From NCBI GenBank assembly GCA_051362555.1, contig CM120644.1, positions 8,688,954-8,752,953 of the forward strand: a stretch of 64,000 nucleotides of DNA, written 5' to 3'. The stretch is from Lingula anatina. Lineage: Eukaryota; Animalia; Brachiopoda. The number at the start of each line of letters is the position of its first letter. The first letter of the stretch is position 1. Both the position numbers and the translations under genes were made by a program. Positions 1 to 13,000 of the stretch are shown here, one piece after another. The notes beneath the pieces were generated by a model. It was not told the origin of the DNA and did not search any database. It saw only the letters and a list, made by a program, of their open reading frames with translations.

Positions 1-2320
1 GATTACACAATTTTGTTCAATCGGTTGCGTATCTGCTTGTTTCCTTTTTCATTATTGTTTTTCTACCTGGGTATATGGTCAGCTATTGCACCCTGTGTTT
101 GAGAGCTTACTGCAAATTAGTCTCAATTATTGATATGCATATGCTGATTTGATGCCCAGATCGACTCGAAGCAAGCCCATTATTTCGGTCTTTGAAATAC
201 AGGATGTCGTAGTGGCTTTTATCAATTGAAACAAGGCTTCTAGAAAGATCGTGCCAATAAAAAGTGCGTCTTTTTTTTTTTTGTTAATGGCTTGATTGCT
301 TTGAGATGCAGGTAGCTTTGGATTCTTAAGTATCAAACCGTCTAATGCATTGAACATACTTCCTTTTTTATTATGTTTATATTTTATTGCCCTCTCTGTA
401 ATAAAGATTCTAGGGCTTCTTTAGACGAAAAACTGAATTGGCTCTCTAGAATCGGCTGTCTAGATCCGAGTTACGTTGTAAAATAAACATACAAGATTTA
501 TCAATCGAAATTTTAGCTTTCAGTTGATAGCGGGAATGTGTTAGGTGTGACAGGGTATTATAGTGTCCAGTGCGTTAGTTTTGCAAAAGCACCAAGCTCA
601 GCCGCAAACGTGGCAAATAAGAACCTCGAGAGGATTTAAAGTAATAATGAAAGCCGTGGATGATAGAAAATTGAATAAGAGATGACGAGACTGATCTAGG
701 AAAAGATGGACCCTATTTTACTATATTATTGCATCGAAAATATTAACCGAAGTAGCGACTTTTTTTTCTTTTTGCTCAACCACGGCAACTTTGAAGATAA
801 ATTATTTTTCCTGGTCACATACTGGTGTTCAGTTTTATTGCTCGTGTTAAAACAAATGCGTTTCCTTTTTATATCTTTCGCTAAAAGTTTCCAAAACTTT
901 GACACATCACGGATTGATAGAATTTAGGACCCTTTAGCTGTAGGTTACGATATAGCAATTCAATCTTTTTATTGGGATATGTTTAAAGAGAAAACCCTCA
1001 ATTAAATTTAACCCAGGTACCTAAACTTTCAAGATACAAGATAACGTTCAATTTACAGTATTTTATTACTGTTACTGTTACTACATGTGAACTACCCTTA
1101 AACAGAATTATTTTGGGAATTTCAATTTAGTTTCCACTCCTCTTTAATGCTTTCTTCGGTCACTAGAATCTGGTTTCTTAGCTTAGATTACACTTATCTG
1201 ACATTTATTCATTGCAGGTTCACATACGGAGCGCATACAGACCCCCCTCCCCCCCGAACTCGTGACAAAAATAGAGGTCTTAACTGCCAATTAAACACAA
1301 ACTCTTAGTAGCACAAGGGGCAAAAACAAAGAACACTCTTCAAGCTAGATTTCTCTAAAAGGAATGACTAAAAAAGCATTTGCCACTACAAATGGAATTA
1401 CAAACGTTACCGACCGATATCTAACTTAAAAACGCGCTAAAGACACGTCCAAGGACATGTCAGCTGAAATGTTTTGTTGCCGTTTAAATAATTCAGGATG
1501 ATTAGCTTCGATAAAAAAGAGCGTTATGAGCACACATTGCCCGTCCATTGGCGATTGAATAAATATTATAGTCGATAGCATACTTCGACCTTCCCCTGTA
1601 GGGGTGATAAATATTTCCGTAACCATAAAAGAAATCGTCGGAACACATCGAAAAAACGATAATTGGCATACTTTTGGTTCGATAGGTATTACGAGACAAA
1701 TAATGGTTTCAAGTTTATACCAACAAAATGACAAAAAAATTTTGTGTTGAATTATTTATCGGACAAAATGAAAACAATGAGTTCGATAATGAAGTGTGAT
1801 GCTACCTATTCCAATCCGGACTGTCCAAAACCTTGACCTTAACACCGATATACATAGAATAAGCAAAATAATGTAATAAATTGAATATTGAAAAATATCT
1901 GTTATGATATTCCTTTTTAATGATAGAAGAACATTCTCAAAATACCAATGCAATCTCCAGGTTCCATGATACGAACTAATATATATAAGAATCTACTCAT
2001 AGCACTGCATGTTTTTTATTACAATGTAGGTATTACATATTGCACTGTCCACGAGCTAGAAATACACGATAGCATTGAGAGCTAAGGTGTAGCAGTGCAT
2101 TATTTGTCATGTTCATACAAATGGAAATCGCACACGTTTCCGACCCTCAAACCCCTCATTTTGAACAGAATATGCTAATATCATCGCGCTTAAATATCAT
2201 TGCGCAGAAGGCGTTATCATTTTTCAACAAATGGGTCATATTCATTGCAATAATGTACTATTCTCAAAATGAACGAACAAAAAAATGACATAAGTAACAT
2301 AGTTAATTTGTATTTAGAAT

Positions 2321-2354
<34 letters not shown>

Positions 2355-5300
2355 TAAATAACAATAATAATAATATTGATGTATTATGAACATTTGCTAA
2401 GAAATATCTGAATGTTTCAGTAGGAAAAACGATCGGATGGCTTTATATTCAGACCTATCTGCATCAGTTTTTGAAAATAAAATTAATATTTCATTGAAAT
2501 GCCCAATCATTTTTTTATTGTATTCGCCAGCAGTGTTTGATTTAAAATACACAAAGTTTAATATTTCTCGTGCGTCTTATAGCGTCACAGGCGTGGCATG
2601 TCACACACGCTTGGTGTGGCAAGACAGCTGATGTGACACTCACGGCGTCAAGAGTAAATAATTATCATTCTAACCTGCAAGTCCTCCAGAATTCTTAATT
2701 AACGGGGTCTAGTTACTTAACCTAGGGTCGATGATAAACCCCTCAGGGTCACCCATGTTAGAGCGTAAGACGTGTCCCTTGACAATACCGTTAGGACGGT
2801 CAATACTGTCGCAGCGGACTGTCAACATAGGCTTTAATAAGATACGCCCCAGGTGTTATATATGCCAATAGCTAACAGACCGGCGATTTTAACGGTCGAT
2901 AGTTTGGAACAGCAGTGCACGAAGTGTCTTGTTTGAGTCAGGCGTGGTACATGTAAGTATCACGTCAAATGGCTTCTGAATTAATTTCTAAGATATTTAT
3001 AATGTAATCAAGAACGATTTGAAACAATATATTTTAACGACAATGTTTTTTAATGAACTTTGCTGTGCACGTATCACATGGATGTGAGGTGTTTTCTTCA
3101 TTGATTTCTAAATCACTTTGCTCAATACTTTCATAAAATATTATATAATGGTTTGAATCACGATTTGAAACACATTTCGTTGTTTTAACAACTTAATTAT
3201 AATTTGTTTAGAATCCCTTTAAGACGATTTAAACGGCGTATAGATAGGGACAAGACAACTACGTATATAAGAAATCTTCTTTGCGTCAGGCTCGGTTCAT
3301 GTAAGTATTAGATATATCTGAAATATTTTCTTAATTGATTTCTAGAATATTCTGTAGTGTTTTCAAAAACGATATGAAGGTCTCTTTGTTGTTTTCGCAA
3401 TTTTATTATTTATTTATTTGTTTATTTATTCTATCAAAAATCAAATACAAATCAGCAGAAAAAATTTAAGTTTATCAGTAAACTGAGGGTGATGCAATGA
3501 ATAAAATTCAATTTCTTTAAATATAAATTGCTCTCTCTCTCTCTCGCTCTCTCTGTATTTTTTATATCATCTGGTTCACGAGCAACGTGTTTCTTTGTAT
3601 GTGTGGTTTGTGTATTCATTTCCTGTTTTAGCTAGATTAAGATATTAAATAAATAATTGATATTAAAATATTACTGATACAGCAGTTGTATATAGACCTA
3701 TAGTATGTTGAGTACTGTGACAATTATTTCACTTTCATCTTATTTCGTTTTTATAAGGCAAACATGGCCGTCTTTTTTTCTATTTAGTTATCTATTAAAT
3801 TTAAACTGTTTATTATTATTATCACATAAAATTATCCATTGAAACATGTTATTGATAGATTCAAATAATGGATGGTTTCATAGTTAAAGACATGGTGTGC
3901 AAATTTCTTAATTGCATATATTTCATTTTATTTCTAATTATTCTTAAATATTATAGCTGGTTTATCATAGCTACCATGGCGATGATGATTAGGTCTGCAA
4001 AGAGAAATACAACTTAGACTTTTCTCCTATAAATCATTTTTAAACAATTGGTAAATAACGCTGCTGAGTGAATAAAAATAATGGAAATTTATGCTTATGA
4101 AACATGAAGAATAGCAAAGACAACTATCTTTTGATCGCGTGTTCTTGCTATTGAACCAACTTGTATCTTAGAAGGCTTAGTATTTCTACTGATAAAAACA
4201 CCAAGTCTACCCAATTGCCGTTTCTACTGTCATGCGCACGTAACATGCTTGAGTCATGAACTGCTAATGAGTAACAAAACTTGATTTATTTTAAATTTGG
4301 TACAAGAAAAATGATAATTTAGGCAAAGGGATTTTACATAGAAAATATTCATCAATTTCTTACATATTTTAAATTCATCAAACGATACGATATATACACC
4401 ACAATCACTAATGAACCTATAGAAAGAATTTTAACGTCCCATATGTTACCTCACACATTGCAATTGATGTTTTTCAGACATTTTTTCGAGATGTAAGATG
4501 TAAAAATAGTGCATATTGTACTTAAGCTGTTTGTTACATGCGCATCTCTAATGATCGTCAGAATTGATTTCACTCAGCCCAAAGCGGATAGCATTTTACA
4601 ATTTGAAAATGCTTGGCGGGAATATTGCATTTTATTTATTTCAAGCCTTAATAAATGCTAAACAGTACTTCAATACACCATCAATGTACTGTTCACATAT
4701 ACGTATTGTCAACTCTTAGCTTTAAACAAAATGAAATAAAAAAAAAAAGAATGACAATCAATGTGAAAAATTGTTTCAAAATTACACATTTTGTGGATAA
4801 AGGAGAGCATAGCCTGTTGTAGTATGAAAGCATTTGTGCTATGTTTTTATGGTTTTGATGTATACGCAACCTCCGTAAAAAACTAAAATCGGGGCAACAA
4901 TTTGTTGAGACACACGTTTTCGCAAACAAGTAAAATTTCGTAGTTGAACAATGGATAGATTTTACATAATAGAAATCCTTCAAATCCAATCTTTGATTTT
5001 TTTTCATTATGTAAAAAAGCAATAAAGGATACTCGTAATGTGAGAGACCGCTAAACTGCACTTGGTTTTATTGCCTAGGCCGTGATTCGGTCTACGACAG
5101 CGGCCTTAGACCTGTTGTTTGGCCAGAGGCATTCAAAGCGACCCTGAACAATAACCCTCGCCTTCAGATCAATATCTCTCTTAAGATTTGTATTGCAAAT
5201 TAACCCCCGATATCAGGATCAATTCGCCATCGATTATTATTCCTTTGGTGTACTGAAGCGCAGAATATTAGTTATCGAAATCCAATAGGAATAGCAATTG

Positions 5301-5808
5301 GTTTTTATGCATGTGATTGTATAGTTGAAAACCGCATATCCCTTTTAATTGGGACCACTGAAAGCCTCTTAGCTGTTATAAGATTTGCTTAATTTCTTTG
5401 AAGGTATTAATCAATACAGATTGCGCGATTTGTGTTATATTTACAAACAGTGGGTCGTCGTCGCCGAGTTTTCGGATATAATTGATGTTTGAAAATTGAT
5501 TATTCGTAACTGGGATCTATTACGTCTAGATTCGTCTATTTCAGCAGTTCTGGCACTAAACACAACGAAAGGAGAAACGGCGTGCCGCCAAAAATGACGA
5601 TCTCTTTATCAACTTCCGAGTAAATTTAGTTACTCGACATTGAAAGGATTTACATTCGTCACATATATTTTCAGAAAGCACTAAATTACACACGTACCAA
5701 GCACGGTAGGAAGTTTGTTACTGGAGCAAAGATCAAGTTAACCGGCTTAACGTCCTCGTGCAAGCCCGTGTTGTTCAGATCGGGATGCCCCGGAAAGAAG
5801 GAACTCAG

Positions 5809-5997
5809 ATGGTAAGCATTATTTTTATGGCATAACGTGTACTAGAAAACATGCATTGTATTGTCATGTCCAAAAAAAACAACAGCCGAAAAAAAAGAGT
5901 ATCAAGTAGACCACCAAATTACGTGAAAATTCGTTTCATCCCTATAGGCAAATTCCCACAAAAAATACCATTGATGCTATATTGATATGGTTGTATT

Positions 5998-6041
<44 letters not shown>

Positions 6042-9000
6042 GAGAAAGACTTTCTGATTGATAGACATAGCATTTTGGCAACCTATAAGTAGTCAAGCCA
6101 TCAGGAGGAAGAGAAAATTTAATTATGCAAGGTCAACATTACAAGATTGGCCACCCGTGCTTAGAACAGACAATAACTTGTCTCTCTCATTCAAACAGTG
6201 GTTTATGTCGGAGGTTCATCTCAACGTTAAGACCAAGGCACAATTGTACTCCTTATATTATAATACTACTTTATAAATTGTAATATCATATTTCAGTTAT
6301 ACGACCAGTTTTACGCTTACGTGAAGAGTTGCTTTTGAATTACAAACCCATAAAATGAGGCAGGCCGATTCTTATATCAACAGTCCACTTACAAGCAGAA
6401 ATACAAAGTTCAGAGCCCTGGTCATGTTGGATTATTCTTTCTCTGTGCTTCATTCCTATCACAGTTAGTCATGTGTAGAAGGGCATCATGCCACAGACGT
6501 TTGACTCATATTCCCAACTTGTTGTTTTTTTATTCTCCCTGCATCGGTTTATGAAATACCCACAGCTCAAGGATTTGAATTCCATACATGTAAGCAAACA
6601 TTCCCGTAAGCAAACATGTAAACGCGAATATTTTGCTCGAGTACAAATGGCAATCTTTGGACCATATCTACTAGTTTACCAAGCTGATGGATGCTTTTGC
6701 TCTGAAATATTTATGAACTTACTTACTTTAAAAACTTTTTTGGTTTTTATGCCCATGCGTCCATGAAACTAAAGGTATTTATTTATTGTTTTAAAACAAC
6801 CCTCAATCAATAATCCGTCTGGAACTGTTATGTAAAATATTATTTACAGGCCCGTAGCCAGCTATTTCAAAAGGGGGATTCTTTTTCTTAAATGAAATGA
6901 ATTTCGATCATGAAACTTTTAGGATACAGATAAAATTTTTCTCAGAGGGGACCTTTTCCGGAAAAAGAGGGGTTCTTTCGAACCCCCTGAACCCCCCTGG
7001 CTACGGGACTGATTTATATTATAATAATAATGTTTACCTTAATTTATCTAAAACAATGTTTTAAATGAATAATCCGTTTACTGACAATAATATGATACTT
7101 GAAATTTATGTGCTTTTTATAAGCAAGCGGAATAAAACAAAAAGGCTATCTTCCTTCCGTTATCCCGTTATTATCTGTATTCAGTTATGTCATATTATTG
7201 ATTATTATGGCTATTATTGACTGTAGTATGCCTAAAATCAAACTGGTCGAGAATAGAGCCGCAGTTAAAGTGCACATCATGGGTGTAAGGCCTTCATAAT
7301 GCAAATATATATAAAAAACATCTGAAAATGTTAACACTTATCCCTTAATTACCAAAGGCGTTAGGCCTAAATATTGAGAAAGTTTTTACAATTCTAAAAA
7401 AATTCAACACTTATCACTTAATCCACAAGGTCGATATGCCTCTATATTGCAAAAAAATGGTGGATGTGACCTATGGCAATAAAAATTTAAAGTTTGGAAC
7501 TCGATCCAGCTCTGAAGATTTCAATTTTCTCAACAATATACATTGGTCATGACGGGGAAGTTTTCTGAAATTTCCGGAAATGTATTTAATATATAAAAAT
7601 TAAATTGATATTGAACGCGTTTCATAGCTTGGTTCACTTTGAGCGCTTGAAGCACTAGCCCGAGTTAAACCAGTCCCGAAACAACGGTTTTTGAACTAAG
7701 TACAGTAAATTTTTAGCAGATAGCTACCCGTGAATATCACTGGTAGCAATGATAATTTTAAGTCTCCTAAAATATATACAAAGTGTATACGTATGACAAT
7801 TTATATTTGGTATTTCATTTCTGTAAATCTTTTCCAGATGCTTTGTGACGTTTTCTGTCAATTGGTCGTGTGACGTTTCTTATTTTTTTTAGACATCTAG
7901 TTGTTACAGGTCTTTGATTTCATTAACCACAAGAACAGCTATTTATCTGAAAAAAAAAATAAGGACACGCCACACGATTTGCATTTGCAATAGGCACGTG
8001 ATGTGCATGCATGTGATCTTGGTTTTTTTCCACAAACAATGAAAGAACACATCAATTTATTGAGCTCAATTGAACATGCACATAAATTATTAACACTGAA
8101 CATACAAAGTCGGTCAAATCCATAACTTTTTTTAAAAAAATTCGACCAATTAACCTTGACCCATCCGGAAAACCAACTGCCACGCTTTTCAAATTTCTCA
8201 AATTTACCATTTCTATATATAAACTACGCATCACCAGAAATGATATCCGTCTCTGCCTTAAAGGGATAATAATTCTTCGTTTTGGCCAAAAAATGAATTT
8301 TCCTGGAGTAAACAACAGTTTTCCCATCCTTACCAATGGTAAATGAATCCATTTTTTCATTCAAAGTTATTCCCTGGATTTTTTCTAAAAAGTTTGGTTT
8401 TTTGTTCAAATCTCTTAAGAGATTTTAACAGAGTATAGCCATCAGTGGAGGTCACGTGGTCGAAAGACAAGCTCAGATAACAGAATAATAGCTATAACTG
8501 CCGTTTTTGTGGTAAAACAGAATATATTATGTTTCAATGAGTTATTCACAATGTTTTTATTGTGAAATATATATCTCCTACGAAGAGTTATTATCCCTTT
8601 GAATAGACACCCACTTATTGGATCGTTTTATACATGTTCGAAACCGCACTTCGAGGATATAGACAAAGCTAGTTTGACGGCGCTAGCCTCGACCTTTGAT
8701 AGGTCATCGGTGCAACAAGTCTCTTCTTCTTTATAGGAAACGTCTTTGTACAAGATGGCATCGTTATGTTAGTATAAAATTATTTCTTAATAGTAAATTT
8801 TAATCTTAAAAGATTAGATAGGCTGCCGGTATCGAGATGTTCAGCTTCTGAGTATGGTTTTATACAGTATTGCAAACTATGATTTTGAACATTTTTTTAA
8901 ACCTGTCTTTGTCACATTTAAGGGGATTTATTAGGGGTTATTGTCAACATACTCAGTTTGGTGTATGATTTTGTAAAGCAATTATGACTGGATGCGCATA

Positions 9001-10079
9001 TTGACGACATCTACAATGTATATGCAGACAAATTTTCATAGTGTGAACTGCAAAATTGTACGGTGAGAGATAAAGAGAGAGAGAGGGGGAGAGCGAGTGT
9101 TTGAATGAACAAACGGCATGATTACACATGTAAGTCCTATCCTTGTCAAAGAGACCAATGTACTCGATCTGCCACCAGTATCGTTTAATTTTGTATTTTC
9201 AGCTTCTTAGGCTTCGGCTCCTCCATGTTTTTGGCTTCGTAGGTAAGTAGGACACTTGGTATTTCGAACGTAGTCTGCTTAGTTTCAGCTTTAATCTTTC
9301 ATGGAAATCATTGCGTCCAAACTCATTTCTCAAAGCGTTTCTGGAATTTTAATAGTCCTCACGACAATACTAAAGCTATCATTTCCATTTGTTCAAAGCC
9401 ACTTAAGTTTGAATGTTTTAAAGGGGACATAAGTAAATGATAAACCAGTTCTATCAACCGCAAAACGTTTCTGGTATTTCGATACGTAGTCCTCAAGACA
9501 AAACTTAACCTATCATTTCCATTTGCTCAGAGCCACCTAAGCTACAATGCTTTAAATGTGGCATACATGAATAATGAACCAGTTTTATCAGACAAAACTC
9601 CTTTTGTTTTTAAACAGATAATCCGGTCACCATTACGTATACTAGGTTAAATTGATACGCATGAAAGTATTTGGTTCCACTCTCCTATTGGTCAATCGTT
9701 AAAGTGTGAAGGTCAAGTAAAGGTCAAGTGATGACCCAGCTGTCCAGTCTCACACGAGATAGTACCCTGTATTCATGTAGACCTATTAAGTTTCACTTAT
9801 CTAGGCTTATTTTGATTATGGAGAGGTGGAATATTTATTGAATGAAATTTGGTATTATTTAGTTGGCGAGTACTTTTATGTACACAATAGGAAATATGCA
9901 CTGCTCCCCTTCAGGTTTGTTTCGATTGAATGATATTTCACGTTTGTTGTAACGAAATGTACTACGCTGACAACCTTTAATTGTAGTTTTGATCTAAATA
10001 GATCGTCGATGGCATTTGTATCATCATTTGATTATTTCGTTTTTTTACTTTTCAGCATTCATTTCCACAGTTGCTGCTG
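5809..10079 (+). CDS. Signal-peptide micro-exons of the polycystin-like gene (ATG; LLRLRLLHVFGFV; AFISTVAA)
   Basis: ATG|GTAAGC at 5809-5817, tttcag|9203-9242|GTAAGT and ttttcag|10056-10079|GTAAGT splice in phase to give MLLRLRLLHVFGFVAFISTVAA-DNIHSCDF, a typical signal peptide ahead of MAM1. Confidence 0.7.
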
Positions 10080-13000
10080 GTAAGTAATAGACTTATAAGA
10101 TAAAATGTGATAATCTCAGTTTCGGTATCAAATAATAATAATAATAATAATAATAGTAATAATAATATTAATTTTAAAATGTGACCATAGCAGCTCTGTG
10201 TTTACTTGGTGAATTGTAAGAATATTAATATAAATATAAAATAACTATGCTTCAATCCCCAAAGTACACCCTGAGCTTCAGAGATAACTTGACACATCGT
10301 GTCAAGTTATCTCTGACCAAAATAGTTTGACCTAGTTTATATAAGCCAATCGAATCCAAGTTTCAAAATTTTTCACCAAAGTTTGGTGAAAACGCTGATT
10401 GGTTGACCGTCAATCGGTAATCCTCGGCTGATTCCGCAAGCTCCATACTAACAACAAAGTTATTGTCGAGTGCGGAGACATCCGAGTAGTGGCGAGTGCA
10501 TAACCGTACACAAAGAAAGCATGGCGTCTTCTACGAGTGACTACGTAAAATAATGTGTTAAGTTATCTCTTGATTCTTTGCAAAATATGAGTATATCGGA
10601 ATTGAAACCAGAGCAGTTTGAAGCCCTGCATCATTATCTACTGAGGGATGATGTATTTTGCGTGCTGCCCACAGGTTACGGCAAGTCCCTGATATTGAGC
10701 CTTATCTCTGATTGGTCCGGATTTGAACAAAGCGCGCTTTGACTCGTTCGCGTTCATTGGCTAGATCGTTCAATGAGTCATTGAGTGCGGGCTTAAAATT
10801 TGATTGGCGGGCGGCGGGGGCAATCGAATGTGGTCAGAGGTAACTTGACACGATGAAGATAGGCTATTGTGAGGAGGTTAGTGTCAAGTTATCTCTGAAG
10901 CTCAGGGTGCCAAAGTATGTATATATACGTTAATTATTCACTGTGAACCATCTTACGGAATTCCAACCTTTAAAACAGATACTGCCGTCTCTGTTTACTG
11001 CTGCGCATATCTAATCTGAAAGGTGACCAAAGCAAACATCGACTTTTGTTCCGCAAAGTCAATAAATCAATCGGGGCCGTAAAAATTGTTTAAAAAAGAC
11101 GACCTGCGCGCCTATTGACCGAATTATTGAAGGAAGTATCAGTCTCGGAGCCAGTTGGTACGCTCTACAAGGACCACGGGTTGATTTTTCACTAGATATT
11201 CACAGATATGACTCTGGTCAAATTGATATTTATTCTCTGTACTGTGACACTGAGATAAAATCTCAAAGACGATTACATTGCTGGTAATTCTTTGCGTATA
11301 TGGATATCTTACCCGCTAGTTTGTATCTTCACCGCTAGTTTGTACTGTATACCGGTAGTAGGCCTGTATATCTTAAAAGAGATTTCCAGCTAGCTGCCGG
11401 CATAGAAAATACTTATAACTGAGGTTTTCTTTTCAAAAAAAAAAAAAAAAAAAAGTCAAATCAGTTCATTTTCAAGATTAAAAGGAACACCTGTTTTCCA
11501 CAACTAATGCAGGGGATTCTTCAGTTAAGTCCCCCTGAGTGCAATCAGGGAATTATATCCGATATAATTCCCTGGTGCAATCAAGGCAGTTAATTGCTCT
11601 TATCTAAATCACATGCTCTTCTGTGATAGACAGAAATAGCCCCTTATGAACAGCTTGCTACTTCAGAGTGAGGCTAACTGATAAGATATACATGTACAGG
11701 CCTACTACCGGTATACAGTGTACAACATTGGCCAAAAAGGTTGTCCAACCTTCAGTATCATGTGCTTTTATTTATAAATGATCACATCACAGGAGAAGAT
11801 TGTTATAAATAGTGATTTTCATTCCAGATACCATAACTAACATGATTAGTGATACAGAAAATACAATTAAACTAGCGGTGAAGATATCAAAATTTGATAC
11901 CATTTATTCACATTTATTACATGTCCCCCTGAAATCCGACGTTTCATTGTGATTTTCACAGAGGTAAAGAATGTCCATTAAATTGAAATGGCACCACCAA
12001 ATGTCACCAAATTTTCACACATTTAGCATTAGGGCATGCTCGTTAAAGGCCGCTTGTCTAATAGCGTTTGTGTTTACCGCGTACTGTAATTACATCCTGT
12101 AGGTGGCGCGGCCTGCCTTCAACAAGGGTAACAATTCTGTTTTATGGAATATTGTCCCATTCTTCCGAAAGGGCTTGGGGAAGTTGGTCCAGATTATCAG
12201 GAGTTACGTTTTCCGTTGCGTTGCACACTTCAATTCATGCCACAGGTGTTTAGTAAGGTTAATAACAGGGCTCAAAGATGGTTGTTCCATCCTATGAACA
12301 TTGGGTTTCTGCAACAAATCAGTCAGCAGAAGAGGGTTGTGAGCAAGTGCATTTCCACGATGACACCTGCAGTATCCCTGAAGTCACCTCTTGCAAATGG
12401 AATGAGATATTTGTTAAGAATGTTTCAGTGAATTGCCCCAGTATCTTTCTTTTCCGGAAAGAACAATGCACTAAAACCATGGGCTTGGAATTATCTCCAA
12501 ACGTGGACTGACCTGACACCTCAGGCGATATTATCCTGCACAAACCTACCAAAAGGCATTCTGCAACATGTCTACGGGCCCTTATTTGACCATTGAAGGC
12601 ATGCAAGAAATACCTTGATTCTTCACCAAAACCAACTTGTTCCTAGTGATGGTTGACCAAGTTCTGGTAGTTCTGGGGTCACTGAACCTAGCATTCTCAA
12701 CTGATACTTCATTCCATCTGCAAGAAGGCACCTCGGGGTGATCCAGGCTTCACCATGACAGCACACATGCACACAGTTCTCAAGTGGTGAGTGATTTGTT
12801 GCAGAAGCCCAATGAACTGAGGCTGGAGAAACCATCTTTGAATCCAGATAATAAACCTACTGAGCACCCGTGGAATGAATTGAAGTGTGCAAACCAGAGG
12901 AGAACCAAATTCCAAATAGTCCGGACCAATTCTGCCAAGCTTTTTAGGAAACATGGGGCAATATCCCACAAAATAGAATTGTTACCCTTATTAAAGGCGC

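Noticed and set aside
127-1953. Short minus-strand ORFs (65-102 aa) near the window start
   Set aside because: No recognisable motif or consistent exon chain; possibly a decayed repeat but not assignable
2930-3400. Diverged repeats each containing gtcagg...catGTAAGT, possible non-coding first exons
   Set aside because: Donor-like motifs alone are insufficient and there is no transcript evidence
7920-8520. Weak inverted ends (ttaaccacaagaac...gtttttgtggtaaa) around ORFs 8052-8409
   Set aside because: Too degenerate, no TSD and no identifiable protein; at most an old non-autonomous element
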